64,000 nt of DNA from Christensenellales bacterium (GCA_050946115.1 JBMNUF010000006.1:8600-72599); one strand, 5' to 3'. Counted from the stretch's first letter, positions 9,958-20,425 are shown. Notes: a model not told the origin generated them from the letters alone. Numbers and translations are program-made.

Positions 9958-11060
9958 GAAGAAAAAAGCAGATCGAAGGTACCTATGAGGTTGCGAGCCA
10001 ATGGCAACTCATGTGGTGGAAGTTTAAGAAACACCGTCTGGCTTCCATCGCGCTGCCGGTAATCGTCATCATGTATACGATTACCATGTGCTGCGAGTTC
10101 TTCGCGCCGTCGCTCCCGCTCACGCGATACAAAAAGTTCGTGGAATGCCCGCCGACCGCCATCCACTTTCGGGATGAGCAGGGCACTTTTCGCGGCCCCT
10201 TCGTCTACGGCGTGGAGATCGGGCGCGATCCCGTGACCTTCCGCAAAACCTTCGTGGAAAACCGCGAGGAGATCGTAGAATTGGGCTTTTTCGTGCGCGG
10301 GGAGAGCTACAAGTTCTGGGGGCTGTTTGATGCGGATGTGCATTTCTTCGGGCCTAAGGAACCCGGCGCAGCGTATTTTCTGATGGGAACGGATTCCCTC
10401 GGTCGCGACCTGTTCACGCGAATCCTCTACGGCGGCAGAGTTTCGCTGTCCTTCTGCTTGGTGAGTATCTTTTTTACATTCCTCATCGGGCTCACGCTGG
10501 GCGGCCTTTCGGGCTATCTCGGCGGCGTGGTCGATACGGTCGTGCAAAGGGCGATTGACCTCATCATGTCCATGCCGACGATTCCCCTGTGGATGGCGCT
10601 CGCCGCTGCGATGCCCAAGGATATTACGCAACTCAGGCAGTACCTCTTCATGTCGATTATCATGTCGCTCATCGGCTGGACGGGGCTCGCGCGCGTGGTA
10701 AGGGGAAAGATATTGTCCCTGCGCGAGGAGGATTTCGTCATCGCGGCGCAGCTTTCGGGCGCTGGGCACGGCAGGATCATCTCCAAGCACATGCTCCCGT
10801 CGTTTTTGAGCTACATCATCGTATCCATCACCGGCTCCATTCCGGCGACGATTTTGGGCGAAACGAGCCTTTCCTTCCTCGGGCTGGGTCTTCAGGCGCC
10901 CACGATCTCTTGGGGCACATTGCTTCAGGACTGCCAGACGGTGGAAGCGGTCTCCGCGACGCCGTGGCTGCTGTGGCCTTCGTTTTTCATCATCATTTCC
11001 GTATTGATGTTCAACTTCGCGGGCGACGGCTTGCGCGACGCGGCCGACCCGTATAAGTAA
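9954..11060 (+). CDS. Opp/Dpp-family ABC permease (OppC/DppC type, with OppC_N-like loop)
   Basis: ATG 9954 overlaps the upstream stop (ATGA). GTDSLGRDLF motif and a ~100-aa loop after TM1. Confidence 0.88.
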   Translation: MRRKKQIEGTYEVASQWQLMWWKFKKHRLASIALPVIVIMYTITMCCEFFAPSLPLTRYKKFVECPPTAIHFRDEQGTFRGPFVYGVEIGRDPVTFRKTFVENREEIVELGFFVRGESYKFWGLFDADVHFFGPKEPGAAYFLMGTDSLGRDLFTRILYGGRVSLSFCLVSIFFTFLIGLTLGGLSGYLGGVVDTVVQRAIDLIMSMPTIPLWMALAAAMPKDITQLRQYLFMSIIMSLIGWTGLARVVRGKILSLREEDFVIAAQLSGAGHGRIISKHMLPSFLSYIIVSITGSIPATILGETSLSFLGLGLQAPTISWGTLLQDCQTVEAVSATPWLLWPSFFIIISVLMFNFAGDGLRDAADPYK

Positions 11061-11074
11061 AGGAGGGGAGTTCT

Positions 11075-12115
11075 TTGGCGGAACGCAATAACGACATCAT
11101 TCTTTCTTTGAAGGACGTAAAGGTTCACTTCAAGCTGGACGAAGGGCTCCTCAAAGCCGTAGACGGCGTGTCCTTTGACATCAAAAAGGGCAGGACGCTG
11201 GGCATCGTGGGCGAATCGGGCTGCGGCAAGTCCGTAACCTCGAACGCGATCTTCCGCATCCTCCCGAAATACGCGCAGATCGAAGGCGAAATCCTGCTGT
11301 ACGAGAAGGACAGAAAGCCTTTGGACGAGCCGATCGATATCGTCAAGCTGAACCCCACGGGGCCGATCATCCGCTCCATACGCGGCGGCAACGTCTCCAT
11401 GATCTTCCAGGAGCCGATGAAGGCGTTTTCGCCAGTACACACCGTCGGCGACCAGATTATCGAGGCGATCCTGCTTCATACAGAGCCTGACCCTGCAAAG
11501 GCGAAGCAAATCGCCATCGAAGCGCTGCGGCAGGTCGGCATTTCCAACCCCGAGCAGCGCTATGACGAGTATCCGCACCAGCTCTCCGGCGGCATGCGTC
11601 AGCGCGCGATGATCGCCATGGCGCTCTCCTGTCGCCCATCGATCCTCATCGCGGACGAGCCGACGACGGCGCTGGATGTTACCGTACAGGCACAGGTGCT
11701 CGACCTCATCAACAACCTGAAGCGCGAGATCAACACCTCCGTCATCTTCATTACGCACGATCTGGGCGTCATCGCCGAAATGTGTAATGACGTGGTCGTG
11801 ATGTACCTTGGCAAGGTCGTGGAGGCGTGCGACGTGGATACGCTGTTTTACAACCCGCGCCACCCCTATACGCAGGCGCTTCTGAAATCCATCCCGACGG
11901 CGGACAAGGCGCACAAGGGGCGCTTCGATTCGATCGAAGGCACTGTGCCGTACCCGATCAACCTGCCCGTGGAGTGCGGCTTCCGCTCGCGGTGCGAACT
12001 TGCGCAGGCGGGGCTTTGCGACAAGGGCGAGCCGCCCGCGGTCGAGATCGAGCCTGGGCACTATGTGAAATGCTTCCGCGTGGAGGAAACCGCGCGCGGA
12101 AAGGGGGAAAAGTAA
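11075..12115 (+). CDS. Opp/Dpp-family ABC ATP-binding protein (D type)
   Basis: TTG start 6 nt after AGGAGGGG. Walker A GESGCGKS, signature LSGGMRQR, Walker B ILIADEPTTALD, plus HPYT and a Cys-rich tail. Confidence 0.9.
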   Translation: MAERNNDIILSLKDVKVHFKLDEGLLKAVDGVSFDIKKGRTLGIVGESGCGKSVTSNAIFRILPKYAQIEGEILLYEKDRKPLDEPIDIVKLNPTGPIIRSIRGGNVSMIFQEPMKAFSPVHTVGDQIIEAILLHTEPDPAKAKQIAIEALRQVGISNPEQRYDEYPHQLSGGMRQRAMIAMALSCRPSILIADEPTTALDVTVQAQVLDLINNLKREINTSVIFITHDLGVIAEMCNDVVVMYLGKVVEACDVDTLFYNPRHPYTQALLKSIPTADKAHKGRFDSIEGTVPYPINLPVECGFRSRCELAQAGLCDKGEPPAVEIEPGHYVKCFRVEETARGKGEK

Positions 12116-13096
12116 ATGGCCGGCAATATTTTGGAAGTACGCGGCATGAAGAAGTATTTCCCCATTCGGGCGGGCTTTTTCAAGAAGACCGTCGGCTATG
12201 TCAAGGCGGTGGACGGCGTAGATCTCTACGTGAAAGAGGGCGAAACGCTCGCGCTCGTGGGCGAATCCGGCTGCGGCAAGACGACGCTCGGGCGCGCGGT
12301 GCTGCAGGCTGTAAAACCCACAGCTGGCGAAGTGTTCTTCACGACGCGCAACAACAAGGTCGTCGATCTCACGAAGATTCCCCACGACGAGCTGCGCACC
12401 GTCCGTCGCGATATGCAGATGATCTTCCAAGACCCGTATGCCTCGCTCAACCCCCGCATGACGGTGCTCAACATCATCGCGGAGCCGCTCATCTGCCACA
12501 AGCTCATGTCCGGCAAGGAAATGGTGGACTATGTGCAAAACCTCATGGAGACGGTCGGGCTGAACCCGCGCCATCTGGAACGGTATCCGCACGCGTTCTC
12601 CGGCGGACAGCGCCAGCGCATCGGCATTGCCCGCGCGCTCGCGACGAAGCCGCGCTTCATCGTGTGCGACGAGGCGGTTTCCGCGCTCGACGTGTCCGTG
12701 CAGGCGCAGATCCTAAACCTGTTGATGGATTTGCAGGAGCAGATGAACCTGAGCTACTTTTTTATCTCGCACGATTTGGGCGTCGTCAACCACATTTCCG
12801 ACCGCGTCGGCGTCATGTACGTCGGTCGCATGGTGGAATTGGCGGGCACGGTGGACCTGTTTGACAAGCCGCTGCATCCGTACACGCAGGCGCTGCTCTC
12901 TGCAAAGCCCGTGGCGGATCCGCGCAACAAGTCCAAGCGCATCATGCTTGAGGGCGAGGTCGCAAACCCAGCGCATCTACCCACGGGCTGCCCGTTCCAC
13001 CCCCGCTGCAGGCACTGCATGGATATATGCAAAGACACCATGCCCGAATGGCGCGAGGTTGCCCCGCATCACTTCGTGGCCTGTCACCTTGTATAG
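12116..13096 (+). CDS. Opp/Dpp-family ABC ATP-binding protein (F type)
   Basis: ATG directly follows the upstream TAA. Walker [10 protein letters not shown], signature FSGGQRQR, Walker B FIVCDEAVSALD, plus HPYT and a Cys-rich tail. Confidence 0.9.
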   Translation: MAGNILEVRGMKKYFPIRAGFFKKTVGYVKAVDGVDLYVKEGETLALVGESGCGKTTLGRAVLQAVKPTAGEVFFTTRNNKVVDLTKIPHDELRTVRRDMQMIFQDPYASLNPRMTVLNIIAEPLICHKLMSGKEMVDYVQNLMETVGLNPRHLERYPHAFSGGQRQRIGIARALATKPRFIVCDEAVSALDVSVQAQILNLLMDLQEQMNLSYFFISHDLGVVNHISDRVGVMYVGRMVELAGTVDLFDKPLHPYTQALLSAKPVADPRNKSKRIMLEGEVANPAHLPTGCPFHPRCRHCMDICKDTMPEWREVAPHHFVACHLV

Positions 13097-13111
13097 TATG
13101 AAGAAACAAGA

Positions 13112-13147
13112 AAACGCCCGTTTCCGGAACCCCGGGAATGGGCGTTT
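13112..13147 (+). terminator. Imperfect hairpin after the operon end
   Basis: aaacgcccgtttccgg / ccgggaatgggcgttt. The stem has internal mismatches and the T-run is short. Confidence 0.45.
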
Positions 13148-13166
13148 CGGAAGAGAGTGAGTTTTA

Positions 13167-13559
13167 TTGAGCCTTGGGATGACGCTGCTGCTTTCGGCCG
13201 TCGGGCTGATCGTGATCTTGGTGGGGAGTTGCTTTTATTTTGCGTGTTGGATGCAAAAAGCCGTCTTTTCCAAGCTGAACGACCTGGACGCGATCCGCTC
13301 GACCCACCTGCCGCCGGAAAAATGGCACCGCAAGTACCTCGCAAAGCGCGTAAAGGCCGGCGCGAATACCCATGCGCTGTTCGAGAGACAGAAGAAAAAG
13401 GATTTGCGACGCCTTCGGGTCATTGCGCGGTTTACGGAGCGGACGAACCTCGTCGACGGCGAGGATACGCGGCGGGATGTGCTGCGGGAGCTCGAAGCGA
13501 TCAAACGGCAGTGGCAGGAGCGTACCGTCGAGGAGGAGGAGAGGGGTGCTTATGGCTAA
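13167..13559 (+). CDS. Hypothetical membrane-anchored protein (one N-terminal TM, charged coiled C-terminus)
   Basis: 130-aa ORF. N-terminal TM LLLSAVGLIVILVGSCFYFACW, then a K/R/E-rich tail. Start is TTG 13167 or ATG 13179. No family recognised. Confidence 0.55.
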   Translation: MSLGMTLLLSAVGLIVILVGSCFYFACWMQKAVFSKLNDLDAIRSTHLPPEKWHRKYLAKRVKAGANTHALFERQKKKDLRRLRVIARFTERTNLVDGEDTRRDVLRELEAIKRQWQERTVEEEERGAYG

Positions 13560-13941
13560 GAAGGAGAAATTCGAGTACATCGAAGGGGTGGAAAGCGACA
13601 AGCCCATCCACGTCATGCTGTTTTCCTTTCTCTACGCGCTGATTTTCGGCGCGGCGAGCATCTTCCCGTGGATGACGCTGAAGGATCTTCTCCCCATTTT
13701 GGCTTTGGCACTCGGCATGGAGAATTCGCGGGCGACCGGCGCGATCTATATCTCTTCCACGCTCGTGTTGGGCGTGGTGTGCCTGAGCCTGTTCATCGTT
13801 TTGTGGCATAGGCTCGAAAAGAATTTCGACGCGAAGAAGAGCCTCGCGACGACGTTGAAGTGGTCGATCATCGCCATCATCGTGGGGGTCGTCGCACTCG
13901 TCGCGTACAGTTGGCTCGAATCCATGAAGGTTGCGGTATAA
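13552..13941 (+). CDS. Hypothetical integral membrane protein (about 4 TM)
   Basis: ATG 13552 lies after a GAGGAGGAGGAG RBS and overlaps the upstream stop (ATGGCTAA). Four hydrophobic segments. No family recognised. Confidence 0.6.
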   Translation: MAKKEKFEYIEGVESDKPIHVMLFSFLYALIFGAASIFPWMTLKDLLPILALALGMENSRATGAIYISSTLVLGVVCLSLFIVLWHRLEKNFDAKKSLATTLKWSIIAIIVGVVALVAYSWLESMKVAV

Positions 13942-13967
13942 GAATACAGAAACGGAGGAATGAATCT

Positions 13968-16790
13968 ATGCGGATTTTTGACATGAAGGCAAACGGCGTA
14001 TGCGAGGCGATCGGCTTTGCGCTGTCGCCGCTCTCCCTCTCGTGGAAGGTCGATGAGACGGAGGGGAAGAAGCAGCAAGCGGCGCGGGTTGAGATTTCGA
14101 CCTGTGAGGAGTTTTGCGACAGAGCCTACGATTCCGGAAAGCGCGAGGACATCGATTCCATCGCCTTTGCGCCGGATTTCGCGCTCGCACCGATGACGAG
14201 ATACTACTGGAAGGTCACCGTATGGGCGGACAACGGCGATGTGGGGGAGGGAAAGAGCTTTTTTGAAACCGGAAAGCGCGGAAGCGGCTGGACGGGCAAG
14301 TGGATCACCTCCGATGCGCGCGAGAACATGCAGCTGCATAAAACGCTTACGCTCACAAAGCCTATCAAGCGCGCCCGCGCATATGCTACGGCGTACGGCG
14401 TATACGAACTCTACCTCAACGGCGAAAAGTGCGGCGACGAAGTGCTGATGCCGTATTACAACGGCTACGATTCGTGGTTGCAGGTGACGACCTTTGACAT
14501 CACGCCCCTTGTGAAGCAGGGCGAGAACGCGTTCCGAGTCATGCTAGGTGGGGGCTGGGCGGTCTCCCGCTTCGGGCTCGGCTCCGACGGAAAAAACGGC
14601 CCCGTCGGGCTCTACAGCGACCACGAGGCGTTTTTGTGCGACATCTTTATAGAATACGAGGACGGCGAGATCGTTACCGTTGGCACGGACGATACGTGGA
14701 CGGCGACGGACAGCCCCGTCGTATCCTCCTCGATCTACGACGGCGAAGTCTTAGACATGACGCGCGACTGCTCGAAGACCTACCCAGTAAAGATCGACAC
14801 CTTCGGCTATGACAAGATCGAGGACAGGCTCAGCCCCTACCTGCGCGTGACCGAGCGCATAAAGCCCGTCGAGATCATCAAGACGCCCAAGGATGAACTG
14901 GTGATCGACCTTGGGCAGGAGATCACCGGCTGGGTTGAATTTGTCTGCCGTGCGCCGAAGGGCACAAAGATCAAGCTGAGCTATTCCGAGATCATGCAAA
15001 ACGGCTGCTTCTATCGCGATAACCTCCGAAGCGCCCTTGCGGAGTATACCTACATCTCCGACGGCACAGAGCGCATCGTGCGCCCGTATCACACATTTTA
15101 CGGCTTCCGCCTGTTCAAGGTGGAGGGCGTCGCCGAGGAGGACTTGCACCTCGAGGACTTCACCGGCTGCGTGATCCATTCCGACATAGGGCAGACGGGC
15201 TTTGTCAAGACGAGCAGCGAAAAGCTGAACCGCTTCACGCTCAACGCGCTTTGGGGACAGCGCGGCAACTTCTTAGATACGCCGACGGACTGTCCGCAGC
15301 GCGACGAGCGCCTCGGCTGGACGGGCGACGCGCAGGCATTCTCGGGGACCGCCTGCTTCAATATGGATTCGCAGGCGTTCTTCGCAAAATACCTGCACGA
15401 CATGCTCTACGAGCAGAATAAGACCAACGGCTCCTGCCCGCATGTGGTGCCCGCGGCGGGCATGCATGTGGAGGCGGGCTCTTGTGCGTGGGGAGATGCG
15501 GCGACGGTCATCCCGTGGAATGTATATCTGTTCTACGGCGATAAGAAGCTGCTTGAAAAGAACTACCCCAACATGAAGGGCTGGGTCGACTTCATCCGCA
15601 GGACGGAGGAAGCGGCGGGCTGCGGCAGGCTCTGGAAGGTCGGCTTCCACTTCGCGGACTGGCTCGCGCTCGATACGAAGAACAACTCCGTCATGGGCGG
15701 AACGGACCCGTATTTCATCGCCTCAGCGTACTATTACTATTCCACGACGCTTCTTTTGAAGGCGGCGAAGGTGCTGGGCTATCGGGACGACATTGCGGAG
15801 TATTCCAAGCTGCAAGAAGAGATTTATGAGGCGATTCAGAACGAATACTTCACGCCTAACGGGCTCATGGCGCAGACCACGCAGACGGCATATGTTTGCG
15901 CGCTGTTCATGGAGTTCGCGCCGAAGGAGCACAGGGAAAGGCTCGCGAAGCTCTTGGACGCGGAGATTGCGGCATCGAATGGCGAGCTCCGCACGGGCTT
16001 TGTCGGAACCGCGTATCTCAACCGCGTGCTCTCCGAAAACGGCTACAACAAGCGCGCCTATAAACTGATGATGAACGAAGAATACCCCGGCTGGCTGTAC
16101 GAGGTCAATATGGGCGCCACGACGGTTTGGGAGCGCTGGAACAGCGTACTGCCCGACGGCTCCATCTCCGATACCGGCATGAATTCGCTCAACCACTACG
16201 CATACGGCGCGGTCATGGAATGGCTGTACCGCAACGTCGCGGGCATCAACCCCGTCGAGGACGCGCCGGGATTCCGCAAGATTCTGCTGTACCCGCGCCC
16301 CGATTACCTGCTGCCCAAGGTACAGGTTCGCTACAACTCCAAGATGGGCTTCATCGAAAGCAGCTGGGAGATAAAAAAGGATCTGTTCCAGTGGGATGTA
16401 GAGGTGCCCTTCGGCGCAAAGGCGCGGCTCATCTTCCCAAACGGCGATGTGGACGCGATCAACGCCCTGTATCCGGAAATCGGCGCGCACGTCTGTGAAG
16501 AAAGCGGCGAGGTCGTAGCTACCGTGCCCGCGGGCAGGTACCATTTTGCGTACAAGCCCACAAAGCGCATGCACAGGGTCATAAGCGTCGATATGCCGCT
16601 GGACGAGCTCATGGCGATCCCCGAGGCGGCTTCCGTGCTTAAGGAGGCATTCCCGAATTTCACCCTGCGCAATCGTTGGGGCGCAAGCACGCTGCGGCAG
16701 GCATTTCAGGCGCTGCCATCCTTTATCAGAAAACCCGACACATCATTGCTCGACTCCATCAATGAAAAACTCCTCGCGCTGAACGATTAA
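13968..16790 (+). CDS. Alpha-L-rhamnosidase (GH78)
   Basis: 940 aa starting at MRIFDMKANG, after a GGAGGAA RBS. Hallmark DCPQRDERLGWTGD motif with an N-terminal rhamnosidase-like region and a six-hairpin region. Confidence 0.9.
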   Translation: MRIFDMKANGVCEAIGFALSPLSLSWKVDETEGKKQQAARVEISTCEEFCDRAYDSGKREDIDSIAFAPDFALAPMTRYYWKVTVWADNGDVGEGKSFFETGKRGSGWTGKWITSDARENMQLHKTLTLTKPIKRARAYATAYGVYELYLNGEKCGDEVLMPYYNGYDSWLQVTTFDITPLVKQGENAFRVMLGGGWAVSRFGLGSDGKNGPVGLYSDHEAFLCDIFIEYEDGEIVTVGTDDTWTATDSPVVSSSIYDGEVLDMTRDCSKTYPVKIDTFGYDKIEDRLSPYLRVTERIKPVEIIKTPKDELVIDLGQEITGWVEFVCRAPKGTKIKLSYSEIMQNGCFYRDNLRSALAEYTYISDGTERIVRPYHTFYGFRLFKVEGVAEEDLHLEDFTGCVIHSDIGQTGFVKTSSEKLNRFTLNALWGQRGNFLDTPTDCPQRDERLGWTGDAQAFSGTACFNMDSQAFFAKYLHDMLYEQNKTNGSCPHVVPAAGMHVEAGSCAWGDAATVIPWNVYLFYGDKKLLEKNYPNMKGWVDFIRRTEEAAGCGRLWKVGFHFADWLALDTKNNSVMGGTDPYFIASAYYYYSTTLLLKAAKVLGYRDDIAEYSKLQEEIYEAIQNEYFTPNGLMAQTTQTAYVCALFMEFAPKEHRERLAKLLDAEIAASNGELRTGFVGTAYLNRVLSENGYNKRAYKLMMNEEYPGWLYEVNMGATTVWERWNSVLPDGSISDTGMNSLNHYAYGAVMEWLYRNVAGINPVEDAPGFRKILLYPRPDYLLPKVQVRYNSKMGFIESSWEIKKDLFQWDVEVPFGAKARLIFPNGDVDAINALYPEIGAHVCEESGEVVATVPAGRYHFAYKPTKRMHRVISVDMPLDELMAIPEAASVLKEAFPNFTLRNRWGASTLRQAFQALPSFIRKPDTSLLDSINEKLLALND

Positions 16791-16806
16791 CGCGCATTCC
16801 CAATCG

Positions 16807-16849
16807 GCGTCCCCACAGACCGCAATGTCTGTAGGGGCGCTGTTTTGTT
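16807..16849 (+). terminator. Intrinsic terminator after the GH78 gene
   Basis: gcgtccccacagac / gtctgtaggggcgc stem (one bulge), followed by tgttttgtt. Confidence 0.6.
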
Positions 16850-16914
16850 CGTAAATGTTATACAAAATTATACATTTCGCTTTGTTGATTTCGTATTTTT
16901 TTGTAGATTATGTA

Positions 16915-16943
16915 TTGACATTTTTTGCTACGTGTATTAAAAT
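16915..16943 (+). promoter_or_regulatory. Sigma-A type promoter TTGACA-17-TAAAAT for the Lpl-like sugar ABC operon
   Basis: Consensus -35 at 16915-16920, -10 at 16938-16943, exact 17-nt spacer. Located in an AT-rich intergenic region. Confidence 0.65.
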
Positions 16944-16979
16944 AGCTCTATGAATATAACGTGCAAGGAGGGTTATCGT

Positions 16980-17957
16980 TTGACGTCGTACAAAAAGAAC
17001 GCAAAAAAGAACCAAATGGCGGGAACAAGCGGGTCCGCGTTCGACACGCTCGAGATTTTTCTGCTGCATCTACCTACGACAATATGGTATTTGCTTTTCT
17101 GCTACGCGCCGATGTTCGGCGTGGTGATCGCGTTCAAAAACTACAGGGTGCGCCCCGGAAAGAGCTTCCTCTATTCGCTGTTCGTAAACAGCAAATGGTG
17201 CGGATTGGACAACTTCCGGTTTCTCACCCAGAGCTCGGTCTTTAAGACGATGATGTTCAACACGGTGGTATACAACATCATCTTCATCATCCTTGGGATC
17301 GTGCTCCCCGTCACGCTCGCGATCCTGTTTAACGAGCTGCACAGCAAGCGGCTTGCAAAAACATGCCAGACGGCGATGTTCCTGCCGCACTTTCTAAGCT
17401 GGGTCGTCGTCGGCTACTTTGTGTACGCCTTCCTTGCGACCGACTCCGGCCTCGTCAACAACATGACCCGCTCCCTCGGCGTGGATGAATGGCGGGTCAA
17501 CTGGTATCAACGCGTCGACTTTTGGAGGTACTTTCTGATTTTCCTGAATTCCTGGAAAGGCTTGGGCTATGGCATGGTGGTTTATCTCGCCTCTATCAGC
17601 GGAATCGACGGCGAACTGTACGAAGCCGCTCTGATCGACGGCGCGAGCAAGGGCCAGCAAGTGCGCTTCATCACGCTGCCACTCCTTCGGCCCATCATCT
17701 CCATCATGTTCATCATGGCGATCGGAAATATCTTCCGAAGCGATTTCGGGCTGTTCTATCAGGCGACGCGCAACTCCGCACAGATCAAGGAAGTTACGCG
17801 CACGATCGACGTGTACATCTACGAGGCGCTGCTCGAGAATCCCAACATCAATTTCGCATCCGCCGCATCGCTGTTCCAGTCCGTCTTCGGCTGCATCACG
17901 ATCGTGCTTGCGAATATCGTCGTCAAGAAAATCGACCCCGATGCGGGTCTGTTTTAA
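16980..17957 (+). CDS. Sugar ABC transporter permease, LplB/YtcP-like family
   Basis: TTG 16980 lies 7 nt after AAGGAGGG (alternative start ATG 16950). LLFCYAPMFGVVIAFKNYR motif and a BPD_transp_1 core. Confidence 0.85.
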   Translation: MTSYKKNAKKNQMAGTSGSAFDTLEIFLLHLPTTIWYLLFCYAPMFGVVIAFKNYRVRPGKSFLYSLFVNSKWCGLDNFRFLTQSSVFKTMMFNTVVYNIIFIILGIVLPVTLAILFNELHSKRLAKTCQTAMFLPHFLSWVVVGYFVYAFLATDSGLVNNMTRSLGVDEWRVNWYQRVDFWRYFLIFLNSWKGLGYGMVVYLASISGIDGELYEAALIDGASKGQQVRFITLPLLRPIISIMFIMAIGNIFRSDFGLFYQATRNSAQIKEVTRTIDVYIYEALLENPNINFASAASLFQSVFGCITIVLANIVVKKIDPDAGLF

Positions 17958-17972
17958 GGGGAGGCGTGCACT

Positions 17973-18884
17973 ATGGCAAAAAATGAATCGATTCTGCGCT
18001 ATACGCGCGTGAAGCCCCTGACGAACGTGTTCTTCAGCCTTCTGTTCATCATCCTCGCGCTGCTCTGCTTTTTGCCAGCGCTCTTGGTTCTGATCGTCTC
18101 GATTTCGAGCGAGGCGTCCGTCGCGACGAGGGGATATTCCTATTTCCCCGCCGAATTTAGCCTGAACTCGTACAAGTACCTTTGGAGCCAAAAGGCGTAT
18201 ATCGGCAGGGCGTTCCTCAACTCCATCGGCGTCACTGCCGTTGGAACGCTGATCGGGCTCGTGCTCTGCTCCACGATGGGCTATGCGCTCTCCCGCCCGA
18301 ACTACCGCTTCCGCGGCTTCTTCACGTGGTTTATCTTTATCCCCATGCTGTTTTCGGGCGGCCTCGTGGCGAGCTACATGATCAACGCGCAGCTCTTGGG
18401 GCTGAAGGACACGTACTGGGCGCTGATCCTTCCGATCTGCTGCTCGAGCTTTTACATCATCGTCATGCGCACGTTCTTCCAGACGACGGTGCCGGACGCG
18501 ATCATCGAATCTGCAAAGATCGACGGTGCGCGGCAGATCCGCATCTTCGTACAGATCGTGCTGCCCATCTCGCTCCCCGCGATCGCGACGATCGGGCTGT
18601 TTTACACCTTCGCCTACTGGAACGACTGGATGATGGCGAAATACTACCTCTCCTCCAACGTACAGGATCTGTTCCCGCTGCAGTACGTCTTGATTTCACT
18701 CGAAAACAACATCGCGTTTTTGACGCGCAACAAGCAGTTCATGGGAACGGAGGTCTCCAACATCCCCGCAGAGACCGTCCGCATGGCGATGGTCATGGTA
18801 GCGGTCGTTCCGATCGCGTGCAGCTATCCCTTCTTCCAGAAGTACTTCGTCTCCGGTCTCACGATCGGCGCGGTGAAGGGATGA
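17973..18884 (+). CDS. Sugar ABC transporter permease, LplC-like
   Basis: 303 aa, six TM, BPD_transp_1-like (ESAKIDGA motif). GGGGAGG RBS. Confidence 0.88.
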   Translation: MAKNESILRYTRVKPLTNVFFSLLFIILALLCFLPALLVLIVSISSEASVATRGYSYFPAEFSLNSYKYLWSQKAYIGRAFLNSIGVTAVGTLIGLVLCSTMGYALSRPNYRFRGFFTWFIFIPMLFSGGLVASYMINAQLLGLKDTYWALILPICCSSFYIIVMRTFFQTTVPDAIIESAKIDGARQIRIFVQIVLPISLPAIATIGLFYTFAYWNDWMMAKYYLSSNVQDLFPLQYVLISLENNIAFLTRNKQFMGTEVSNIPAETVRMAMVMVAVVPIACSYPFFQKYFVSGLTIGAVKG

Positions 18885-18943
18885 TTCTATCAGGTTACAG
18901 CGGCCAAAGCCGTTCGTAATAATTCAATAAGGAGGGTTTCCGC

Positions 18944-20425
18944 ATGAAGAAACTCATATCTATGGTTCTTGTCTTGGTCATGGTGTTCGCGATGGGCGCG
19001 TTCTCCATGGCAAACGGCGAGGGGGACGTAGTCCGCCTCACCTGGGCGCAGGGCACGGGCTCTACCGCTCCGACCGACAATGCGATGGTGCTGGAGAAGC
19101 TGAACGAGATGTCCCGCGAAAGGCTGGGCGTCGAAGTCGATATCCAGTACTTCACCAACGACCAGCTTCAGTTGTCCATCAACGCCGGCGAAGTGTTCGA
19201 CATGTACTTCACCTGCTCTTGGTACAACAACTACAACCAGGCGGTTTCCAACGGCCTGTTTGCGGACATCTGGCCCTATCTGCAGGAGTGGACGCCGGAT
19301 CTGTACGCGATGATGCCGGATAACATCTGGGAACTTGCCAAATCCTCCGACGGCGGTCTGTACGCCATCCCCGTAAAGAAAGACTATGCCCCCGAAAACT
19401 TTATCACCTATCCGTCCGAGGTCGCCAAGGAACTGGGCTTTGATATCCCGGACGTCATCGAGTCCTGGGACGAGATGACCGACTTCCTGGTCGCGTGGAA
19501 GGCGACCATGGGCGACAACGAGTACCCCGTCATGATCGGCGGCGGCGCCCCCGGCATGGACACCTCCTTCGACTTCATCGACCGCACCGCCATGATCGGC
19601 GTACTCTTCGGCGAGACCACGGTTTGCTCCGTCCTGGACGATCCGGCCGTCGTCGAGCGCTATAAGACGCTGCACAAATGGTACACCATGGGCCTTGTGA
19701 ACCCCGACGCGGCGACCCTCACGGAGACCTCCATCGCGACCGACGCGGAACACATGCACATCAGCTTCGTGCAGGCGTGGGATCACTACGACTACAGCCC
19801 CTCCAACGGCTATCCTACGAAGATGGCGCGCTACTCCGGCCCCTATGTCTCCACCGACGGCGTACAGGGCTCCATGAACGCTTTCTCCGTCACGCTTGAG
19901 GACGACCTGGCGAGGTTCGAGCTCGCGATGAAGTATCAGGAGCTCGTCAATACCGATCAGCTCTATCGCGACACCCTCCGCTACGGCATTCAGGGCTATC
20001 ACTGGAACTACGTCGAGGAAGGCCCCGCGAAGGGCGGCGTCCTGAAGACCAAGACCGGCGACTACCAGCCGTGGGCGTTCTCTCAGGGCAACTACGAGCT
20101 CTCCGCGATCATGGTATCCGAGGATCAGGTAAACGGTCTGGTTCCCGCGCCCGACATGAACCAGTGGGAGATCTACTTTAAGGCGTGCGAGACCGCCGAG
20201 GTTTCCGCGATCTGCGGCTTCACCTGGGACAGCAGCAACTGCACCACGCAGCTTGCACAGATCACCGCGATCAAGTCCGAGTTCACCTCGCAGCTGAGCA
20301 CCGGCACCGGCGAAGATCCCGAGACGCTCATTCCGAAGTTCCGCGAGGCGCTTTTGAATGCGGGTCTGCAGGATTGCATCGACGATGCACAGGCGCAGCT
20401 CGACGCCTATCTTGCGGGCAAATAA
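18944..20425 (+). CDS. Extracellular solute-binding protein, LplA-like (large family-1 SBP)
   Basis: 493 aa with signal peptide MKKLISMVLVLVMVFAMGAFSMA. AAGGAGGG RBS. Follows the two permease genes. Confidence 0.85.
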   Translation: MKKLISMVLVLVMVFAMGAFSMANGEGDVVRLTWAQGTGSTAPTDNAMVLEKLNEMSRERLGVEVDIQYFTNDQLQLSINAGEVFDMYFTCSWYNNYNQAVSNGLFADIWPYLQEWTPDLYAMMPDNIWELAKSSDGGLYAIPVKKDYAPENFITYPSEVAKELGFDIPDVIESWDEMTDFLVAWKATMGDNEYPVMIGGGAPGMDTSFDFIDRTAMIGVLFGETTVCSVLDDPAVVERYKTLHKWYTMGLVNPDAATLTETSIATDAEHMHISFVQAWDHYDYSPSNGYPTKMARYSGPYVSTDGVQGSMNAFSVTLEDDLARFELAMKYQELVNTDQLYRDTLRYGIQGYHWNYVEEGPAKGGVLKTKTGDYQPWAFSQGNYELSAIMVSEDQVNGLVPAPDMNQWEIYFKACETAEVSAICGFTWDSSNCTTQLAQITAIKSEFTSQLSTGTGEDPETLIPKFREALLNAGLQDCIDDAQAQLDAYLAGK

